IMG/VR virus record: IMGVR_UViG_3300035205_000874
Reading direction: 5' to 3' (one strand)
From: a virus
Length of the DNA stretch: 25,131 nucleotides
Shown: piece by piece, positions 17,430 to 24,492 of the stretch
Numbering within the stretch: the first letter of the stretch is position 1
Layout of the letters: each line of letters opens with the position of its first letter
Translations under genes and position numbers: made by a program
The notes under the pieces: generated by a model
What the model saw: only the letters and a program-made list of their open reading frames with translations
Databases searched by the model: none
Told to the model about the DNA's origin: nothing

Positions 17430-18688
17430 AATATATATCATTTGATTTTCGAGATAATAAATTTATTCCTTTTAATCACCCTTGGAGTTTTGATGCTGTC
17501 CAAAGAGTTGCCAATCATAACTTTGAGCAGATTTCTTTTTCGGAATCACAACAAATTGATGATAAATATTTAGTTGTTATTGAACCATCTGGTGGTTCTA
17601 CGAATATTTTTGACAACAGAAATCAATCTGATATTAATATATTAAAAGTTTTAAAAAATGATTTTAAAAATAAAATAGGTATTGGTGGTTTATATCAAGA
17701 TTTATTAAGTAAGAAATGTAGTATATTTTTTTTGTGTAAAGAATCTTCATGTTTGAATACTGAATTATTTTTTTATAAAATGAATGAACTTTGTGAAGAT
17801 TTAAATTTAGATAAAAAACAATTTTATTTTTTAATACCAGAGTTTTATATTAATGATTATAAGTCAAATGAATTTAATATTTTATGGTATCCATATTATA
17901 TTTTTAATATGTTTTGGTGGAGTATGAAAAGAACATATAAGGTAAAACAATTTTATGATACTTATATAGAATATTCAAAATATTTCCTTAGACAAAAACA
18001 TTTTGTTTCTACTAATAATAGAGCAAGAGAACATAGGACTTGGTTATCATTTACTTTTAGTAAAAATAATTTATTAGATAAGGGATACGTGAGTTATTTA
18101 GTAAATAATAATGATCCTGATAATCAATATTCTTTAGATGAGGTTGAAAGAGATTTAAAACATACATTAGGAAATAAGTTACCAGGTAAAAATGAAATAT
18201 TAAATTATTATAATAATTTACCTATTGAGTGTGATACTAAATCTGATACGTCAATACAAACTCATGAATCTAATATTGCTATTCAAGGTGTTCTTTTACA
18301 TTCTTATTTTAATGTAGTAACGGAGGCGGAGTTTGGATTTGGAGAAAATTATTTACAATCTATATTTTTAACTGAAAAGATTTGGAAACCTATTTTGGCC
18401 TATCAACCTTTTATTATAGTAACTAATTCATATTATTTAAAGGCCCTTAAAGAACTCGATTTTAAGACATTTTCTCCATTTATAGATGAAACATATGATG
18501 AGGTTCACGGTTATGAAAAATTAAAACTTATTGAAGTCGAAATTAATAGATTATGTAATATGAGTATAGAAGAAATAGATAAGTGGTATTGGGAAATGGA
18601 AGATATATTAGTATATAATTGCAATCATCTTATTGAAATATTAGAAAAATCAGTAGATGATATACATAGTTTTTTAAGTAAAGTATAA
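17426..18688 (+). CDS. Putative glycosyltransferase, GT10-like paralogue 4
   Basis: HFVSTNN..REHR...GYVS; SYFNVVTEA...FLTEKIWKP...QPF...FKTFSPFIDETYD. Confidence 0.55.
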   Translation: MKYISFDFRDNKFIPFNHPWSFDAVQRVANHNFEQISFSESQQIDDKYLVVIEPSGGSTNIFDNRNQSDINILKVLKNDFKNKIGIGGLYQDLLSKKCSIFFLCKESSCLNTELFFYKMNELCEDLNLDKKQFYFLIPEFYINDYKSNEFNILWYPYYIFNMFWWSMKRTYKVKQFYDTYIEYSKYFLRQKHFVSTNNRAREHRTWLSFTFSKNNLLDKGYVSYLVNNNDPDNQYSLDEVERDLKHTLGNKLPGKNEILNYYNNLPIECDTKSDTSIQTHESNIAIQGVLLHSYFNVVTEAEFGFGENYLQSIFLTEKIWKPILAYQPFIIVTNSYYLKALKELDFKTFSPFIDETYDEVHGYEKLKLIEVEINRLCNMSIEEIDKWYWEMEDILVYNCNHLIEILEKSVDDIHSFLSKV

Positions 18689-18691
18689 GTA

Positions 18692-19585
18692 ATGAAATTA
18701 ACATTAAAAGAAATTTTAGATTTAATAGGATTAGATAAAAAAGATATAAATCAACATTGTATTGATTTTTTTGATTCTTGTGATTTTTCATATGAAATAA
18801 TATCTAATACAAGTGATGAATTTTTTAAAATAGTGAAGTTTTTAGATAGTGATAATAGACGTATTGGTAAGGATAATTTATTAATTTGGGAAAAATCTTG
18901 GGAGAGAAATCTTGAAAGCCTTGAAACGACTGCAAAACATTTTGGTTCAAAATTTACATTTTATTTAGATGAAAAATTTATTAGGTTTAGTGATATAAAT
19001 GCTGAGTTGAATTTTAATAGATTTTTATCGATTTGTTTATTTACTAAATATTTTGAGGGGACAGATAATATCTATGAATTTGGTAGTGGTAGTGGATTTA
19101 ATTTAATTACCCTATCAGATATATTTCCAGATAAAAAATTATTTGGACTTGATTTTTCAAAAAATGCAATAAAGATTGTGAACAAAGTTTCAGAAATGAA
19201 TAAGTTAAACATTGAATCTTTATATTTTGATATTATAAATCCAGATAATTCATTAAAATTAAAAACAAATAGTGCAGTTTTTACTATGTTTTCACTTGAA
19301 CAAGTTTCAAATAAATTTTATGATTTTATTTTATTTTTATTAAAAAGAAAACCGAAAATTTGTATTCATATTGAACCAATAGTAGAGTTATTGGATGAAA
19401 ATATTTTTTCAGATTATTTATCAAAGAAATTTCATATTCAGAGAAATTATTTAAATAGATTTTTACCATTTTTACAGGAATTAGAAATTAATGGATTGAT
19501 TGAAATAATAAAATTAAAACGGATTAAAATGAAAAGGTCAAATAATACAGAATGTGTAAATTATATAGTTTGGAAGGTTAAATAG
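18692..19585 (+). CDS. Class I SAM-dependent methyltransferase
   Basis: IYEFGSGSGFNL, LFGLDFS, FDI, VFTMFSLEQ, IHIEP. Confidence 0.75.
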   Translation: MKLTLKEILDLIGLDKKDINQHCIDFFDSCDFSYEIISNTSDEFFKIVKFLDSDNRRIGKDNLLIWEKSWERNLESLETTAKHFGSKFTFYLDEKFIRFSDINAELNFNRFLSICLFTKYFEGTDNIYEFGSGSGFNLITLSDIFPDKKLFGLDFSKNAIKIVNKVSEMNKLNIESLYFDIINPDNSLKLKTNSAVFTMFSLEQVSNKFYDFILFLLKRKPKICIHIEPIVELLDENIFSDYLSKKFHIQRNYLNRFLPFLQELEINGLIEIIKLKRIKMKRSNNTECVNYIVWKVK

Positions 19586-19587
19586 TT

Positions 19588-20652
19588 ATGTTACAGAAAG
19601 TAAATGTAGAAGAATATTTAAAGTATTGTGATAAATACGATATTAAAATAGAGTATACATCTAAGTTTGAAATTACTAATGACTGTTTATCTGGTGGCAC
19701 TGATATGTTATATGATCATGAAGCGTTTTATGCGTTATTACCAAATGGTATGTTTGATTCTTATTTTGATAAATTTACTGAAGATGGACATCACTTTTGG
19801 TTGTCAAAATGGATGGCACAAGATTTTTTAGAAAGAGGTTGTATAATTCCATTGAATGTGGGTGCACTTAGATATGGAATTAGTAAAATTATTAGATATA
19901 GGATTCATCCCGGAGGTGGTAAATTAAACGTATTAAATTTTTTAGAAATGAAATTAGTTCCCGCGTTTGTAACTTCTTTTGAAAGGGATAATATTGATTA
20001 TGGTGGTAAGAGGATTAGAAGTCTTGATGATTTTTTACTTATTTGGAACGAGTTGGATAAAATTTATGAGTCTTTTATCGATTTTGATCCCGCTATTAAT
20101 GAATTATTTGGTGATGATACAAAAATGAAAAAATTAGATATTGTTACGAGAGGAAATTACAAAGAAGAAGGATGGATGTATGATCCACCTTCATCTTATT
20201 CCAAGATTGCTAGAAATTCTATTCCGTTGAAAGTTTATATTGAAGGAGAAAATTTTGAACAATGTCGTGATAGAATATTAGATTGTAAAGATAGAGATAA
20301 TTGTGAGTTCAAAGAGTATAGGGAACCAGGATTTTCATCAAGTATGAATCATAATTCATCTGCCATGAAACTAAAAATACCTTACGAGATAGAATGTATA
20401 AAATTAAAAGATGATAAATTTTGTATACCAGAGTTGAATAGATTTAGTGGATTTTCAATTTATATAGATTCCGAAATTAAGTTTAAAAGAGATATGTTTG
20501 AACTTTTATTTTTTGGACATAGTGAAAAAGCGATGTGTCTATATAGTAAAAAGTTAATCTTATTTAATTGTCAACATCCATCTTGGAAATATACTGATAA
20601 ACCATTAAAAGAACATACTGGGTTATTGCCCAAACATTATTATGAATCATAA
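19588..20652 (+). CDS. Unknown protein with ParB/sulfiredoxin-like N-terminal domain, paralogue C
   Basis: HHFWLSKWMAQDFLERGCIIPL...YRIHPGGGKLNVLNFLEMKLVPAFV. C-terminus FNCQHPSWKYTDKPLKEHTGLLPK is nearly identical to that of paralogue A. Confidence 0.5.
   Translation: MLQKVNVEEYLKYCDKYDIKIEYTSKFEITNDCLSGGTDMLYDHEAFYALLPNGMFDSYFDKFTEDGHHFWLSKWMAQDFLERGCIIPLNVGALRYGISKIIRYRIHPGGGKLNVLNFLEMKLVPAFVTSFERDNIDYGGKRIRSLDDFLLIWNELDKIYESFIDFDPAINELFGDDTKMKKLDIVTRGNYKEEGWMYDPPSSYSKIARNSIPLKVYIEGENFEQCRDRILDCKDRDNCEFKEYREPGFSSSMNHNSSAMKLKIPYEIECIKLKDDKFCIPELNRFSGFSIYIDSEIKFKRDMFELLFFGHSEKAMCLYSKKLILFNCQHPSWKYTDKPLKEHTGLLPKHYYES
20563..20652 (+). repeat. 90-bp dispersed repeat, copy 2 (3' end of paralogue C plus overlapping start of the next gene)
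   Basis: Ungapped match to 8693-8782, 76/90 nt by hand count. Confidence 0.85.
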
Positions 20653-21754
20653 AGAATTAACTCAGTACTACAGTTCGTGGGGTGATAAATTATTACAGCA
20701 TACGGATGTTTTATATGATATACAGAAAAATAAAAAATTTAGACCTATAAATATACAATTATGTCCCTGTGAGGTATGTGAAAGTGATTGTCCATTTTGT
20801 TCGGTTGCCGGTAGACCGTTGAGAAGTTATATTCCATTTAATGATATTATTCAGATACTTACAGATTTTAAATCTTTGGGAACAAAGAGTATAGAGATTA
20901 CAGGAGGGGGCAATCCTATGTTATATCGTGATAAGGAAACAAAGAAGAATATAAATGATATTATTAGAGTATCACATGATTTAGAATTAAATATTGGTCT
21001 TATTACTAATAGCCATGATTATAGTAAGTTAGATGATGATGTAATAGATATGATTGATTGGATTAGAGTTAGTTTAATAAAACTTGATGAAGGTAAATTG
21101 CCAAAAGATTATAATTTTGGTAAAATTCCGTATAGTAAACTTGCATTTAGTTATATTATTTATGATGGTCAAATGGATGAAAATAACAAATATATAGCAG
21201 ATGAATTATCACGAACAAATAAAGTTTATAATGGTACTACATCTGAAACTATTGAAAAGATAGTAGAACTTGTAGAATTACATTCAAAAATTAAATTTGT
21301 TAGGATAGCTGGTAATTGTTTAATAAAGGGTAATAATGCATTAATTAGAGAGAAATATAAAGATATTATTGATAAAGTTGATAAATATGACAAGTTTTTT
21401 ATTAAGGATATTGGTTACAATGATGGTGCTTTCGAACACGGATGTTATGTTGGGTTAATACGACCTTATATTGCACCGAGTCCACACGGGGGAGATTATC
21501 AAGTTTATATTTGTACAAGTCACGTGTTAAACACAAGAATTTATGATTTAGATTGGTCATTGGGTGGTACAAAAGATATTATAAAAATTTGGAAGGATGC
21601 AAATGAGAAGTTTAAGAAAAGTGGATTTCCGTATGAAGTAAAAAACAATAAAGGTAAAGAGTGGAATAAAAGTTGTAATTATTGTTATTATAAATTTAAT
21701 AATAAATTATTACATACGGTGGCAAATGAAATGCCAGATAAGAATTTTCCATAA
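20642..21754 (+). CDS. Radical SAM protein with C-terminal twitch/SPASM-like cysteines
   Basis: CPCEVCESDCPFCSV (CxxxCxxC plus two extra Cys), EITGGGNP, LITN, WIRVS, GCYVG...YICT...SCNYCYY. Confidence 0.88.
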   Translation: MNHKELTQYYSSWGDKLLQHTDVLYDIQKNKKFRPINIQLCPCEVCESDCPFCSVAGRPLRSYIPFNDIIQILTDFKSLGTKSIEITGGGNPMLYRDKETKKNINDIIRVSHDLELNIGLITNSHDYSKLDDDVIDMIDWIRVSLIKLDEGKLPKDYNFGKIPYSKLAFSYIIYDGQMDENNKYIADELSRTNKVYNGTTSETIEKIVELVELHSKIKFVRIAGNCLIKGNNALIREKYKDIIDKVDKYDKFFIKDIGYNDGAFEHGCYVGLIRPYIAPSPHGGDYQVYICTSHVLNTRIYDLDWSLGGTKDIIKIWKDANEKFKKSGFPYEVKNNKGKEWNKSCNYCYYKFNNKLLHTVANEMPDKNFP

Positions 21755-21758
21755 TAAT

Positions 21759-22352
21759 ATGAAGTTCGAAAAAGAATATTTTGTAGATAGTTCTTATAGT
21801 AATTATAAAGATTATCGTCAAAAAAAATATAAACAAACTGTAAATGATTTAATAAAATCTGTTCCTATAAATTTACAAGATAAAATTTTAGATTATGGGG
21901 CAGCAACTGGTGCAGTAATATATGAATTTATACAACGCGGTGTAAATAATGTAGTAGGTACAGATATTAGTTATTGGGCCATTGAATCTGGAAGAAAATT
22001 ATATGGATTATCTAATGATAACTTACAACATCATAATAGGCAGTTATTGGAAATTGATTTTGATTTGGTTCTTTTCTTGGACATTCTTGAACACGTTACA
22101 ACAGAAGAAATTGAGAAAATATTTTCTTTATTGAAATCCAATAAGATAGTTGTAAGATTGCCTGTTTCGAAGAAAGAGGGTGAAGATTTTGTTTTGGATG
22201 TTAGTAAAAATGATAAAACTCATATACAAATACATGATAAAGATTGGTGGTCTTCCCTTTTTGATAAGTTTGGATTTAATACCCTTTCTGTATTAGATGA
22301 GAGTAGTATTTACGAAAGTGAAGGTGTGTTTAGTAGGGTATTATCAAGATGA
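21759..22352 (+). CDS. Class I SAM-dependent methyltransferase (Methyltransf_11/23-like)
   Basis: ILDYGAATG, VGTDIS, FDLVLFLDILEHV, D.THI....WW..LF...GF. Start re-called to ATG 21759 (4 nt after the upstream stop); the alternative is ATG 21726. Confidence 0.8.
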   Translation: MKFEKEYFVDSSYSNYKDYRQKKYKQTVNDLIKSVPINLQDKILDYGAATGAVIYEFIQRGVNNVVGTDISYWAIESGRKLYGLSNDNLQHHNRQLLEIDFDLVLFLDILEHVTTEEIEKIFSLLKSNKIVVRLPVSKKEGEDFVLDVSKNDKTHIQIHDKDWWSSLFDKFGFNTLSVLDESSIYESEGVFSRVLSR

Positions 22353-23284
22353 ATAAGATAGAAGTTGTAGTTCCAATTTATAATTTTCATAAATCATATG
22401 ATTATTTTGTTAAACCATTTAAACGTATGATAGAAAGTATAGATTTAAATAAATTTGAAATTTGCATATCAGATACAGGAACAAAAAGTTCTAAACCTAT
22501 ATTTGATTCTATATTGGCTGATTATAGATATTTTTATGAAGAAGGAATTTCAGATTGGATGAACCGAGCGAGAACAATAAATCTTGGAGTAGAGAATTTA
22601 ACAGAAAATGATCACTTTATTGTATCTGACGCAGATATAGTATTTCCAAGTGATATGTTTGAATCAATACAATCTCACTTGAGTGGTGATTGTTTGGGAA
22701 ATAGTAACTTAGGAAGTGATGGATGGACTGGCACATTTGATGTTTTACAGCCATTGATTTGTTCTATAGGAAACAGTTGGAAAACTGAAAATCCATCTAT
22801 AATATCTATTGTAAAAGAATATCCAAGTCTTAGTATAATAACTGGTCCAGAATATGGACCTGACCCCCATGAAGCTCAGAGTACTATTTTAAAAGTTGAG
22901 GAGATTAAGTTTAATTCTTTAAATTTTAAAAATTCAGATGTAATATGGTATGGTCATGATTTTGAATGGAATGATGAGAAGAAACGTGCTCACTTTGGTG
23001 TGTTGTTTAATAAATATATTTGTAGATGGCAGGCAGGAGTAGGTGGTTTATTCATTGCATCACAGAATGCGTGGGATGAAACTGGTGGACATGATGAAAC
23101 TTGGTTGGTTACGGAAGATATAGAATGGCTGAACAGGGTAACTCACACTAATCTAATTCTTCATCGTTGTTCTTGTATTACATTTTTACATTCAGACATT
23201 AAAAGATTTGCATTTGATGATAAAGAGTTTCAGAAATATTATCATTCTCGTATACGGCGTGATTTAGTAAGGATTTTAAAGTGA
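22349..23284 (+). CDS. GT-A fold glycosyltransferase (GT2/GT7_C-like)
   Basis: IEVVVPIYN, ICISDTG, NRARTINLGV, FIVSDADIVF (DxD), GGLFI.....W.ETGGHDE.W...EDIEW..RV, FLH. Confidence 0.75.
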   Translation: MNKIEVVVPIYNFHKSYDYFVKPFKRMIESIDLNKFEICISDTGTKSSKPIFDSILADYRYFYEEGISDWMNRARTINLGVENLTENDHFIVSDADIVFPSDMFESIQSHLSGDCLGNSNLGSDGWTGTFDVLQPLICSIGNSWKTENPSIISIVKEYPSLSIITGPEYGPDPHEAQSTILKVEEIKFNSLNFKNSDVIWYGHDFEWNDEKKRAHFGVLFNKYICRWQAGVGGLFIASQNAWDETGGHDETWLVTEDIEWLNRVTHTNLILHRCSCITFLHSDIKRFAFDDKEFQKYYHSRIRRDLVRILK

Positions 23285-24471
23285 ACATATACGAATTAAA
23301 AGAAATATTTTCTGGTTGTAAGTTTGATTTACCGAAGTTTTGTAATTTTATTAATAGTGATGATGAGAAATATTCTAATCACAATTTTTTAGAGTGGGAA
23401 AAAAATTCTAAATTTTTTATGAATTATGGATTATGTAACTATTTTGTAGTGGATAAGAATAATATATTATTGATAAATTATGCCGCTGAAGCATTTGGTT
23501 TGGAAAGTATGGCAAAGGTGCATGAGGAGGTTTCATCTATTGTAGTTGAAAATAATATAAAAGAAAAGTTAAAAATATTTATTATATCTTCAAATTTATG
23601 TACTGAATTTGACGATGATAAATATGAAAAAGAAATAATTAGTAAATGTAATAGTGAAAATGTAGAAATAAAACATTTTGATTTAGATTTTTATTTGGTA
23701 TTAATGTTGTGGAGAATGGATGATGATAGGATCAACCGTCATTTTCCAAGTGTTACTAAATTAAGCAATGAGGAAATACATAAGGATAGACTTTATAAGT
23801 TTTTTTCATTAAATGCAGGCAAAGTATACCATCGAGAAGGTTTATATAATTTTTTGAAAGATAACAAGTTATTAGACCGTTCACTTGTTTCTGCTCACTG
23901 GGAAGAAAAATATTTAGATTGTAAAAGAAATGATAGGTCAGATTATTTTAATTTTAATAAAGAAATCTATGATGATACAGAAATAGATTTTTTAAAAAAT
24001 TATAAATTATGGGATGGAACATTAAATTGGCAACAGATCCACGAGCATCCTATTGCTACTTTTTTACCCAAATATTATTATAAAAATTGTTATTTCCAAA
24101 TCATAACAGAATCAAGGTTTAAAAAGCGCAATACAATTTTCTTAACAGAAAAGGTTTATAAATCTCTATGTTCAACCCCGTTTATTTTATACGCACAACC
24201 AGGAAGTTTAAAAAAGTTACATCAATATGAATTTAAAACATTTGGACATATTATAGATGAGTCATATGATGAAATTATGGATGCAAATGAGAGATTAGAT
24301 TTTTTAAATGGTGAAGTTTTGAGAATTTTTAGTAAAGATTTAGATGAATTAAAAGAGATGTATTTGTCATGTATACCTATTTTAGAACATAATTATAATG
24401 TTATGTTAAGTTTAAAGTGGCAAGATATGATTAAAGATTTGACTTTAGAAATGAAAAATTATTTAGATTAA
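23281..24471 (+). CDS. Putative glycosyltransferase, GT10-like paralogue 5
   Basis: KFFSLNA..VYHR...SLVS; CYFQIITES...FLTEKVYKS...PF...FKTFGHIIDESYD. GTG start overlaps the upstream TGA. Confidence 0.55.
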   Translation: MNIYELKEIFSGCKFDLPKFCNFINSDDEKYSNHNFLEWEKNSKFFMNYGLCNYFVVDKNNILLINYAAEAFGLESMAKVHEEVSSIVVENNIKEKLKIFIISSNLCTEFDDDKYEKEIISKCNSENVEIKHFDLDFYLVLMLWRMDDDRINRHFPSVTKLSNEEIHKDRLYKFFSLNAGKVYHREGLYNFLKDNKLLDRSLVSAHWEEKYLDCKRNDRSDYFNFNKEIYDDTEIDFLKNYKLWDGTLNWQQIHEHPIATFLPKYYYKNCYFQIITESRFKKRNTIFLTEKVYKSLCSTPFILYAQPGSLKKLHQYEFKTFGHIIDESYDEIMDANERLDFLNGEVLRIFSKDLDELKEMYLSCIPILEHNYNVMLSLKWQDMIKDLTLEMKNYLD

Positions 24472-24492
24472 TATATATAATAGAGAGGTTAT

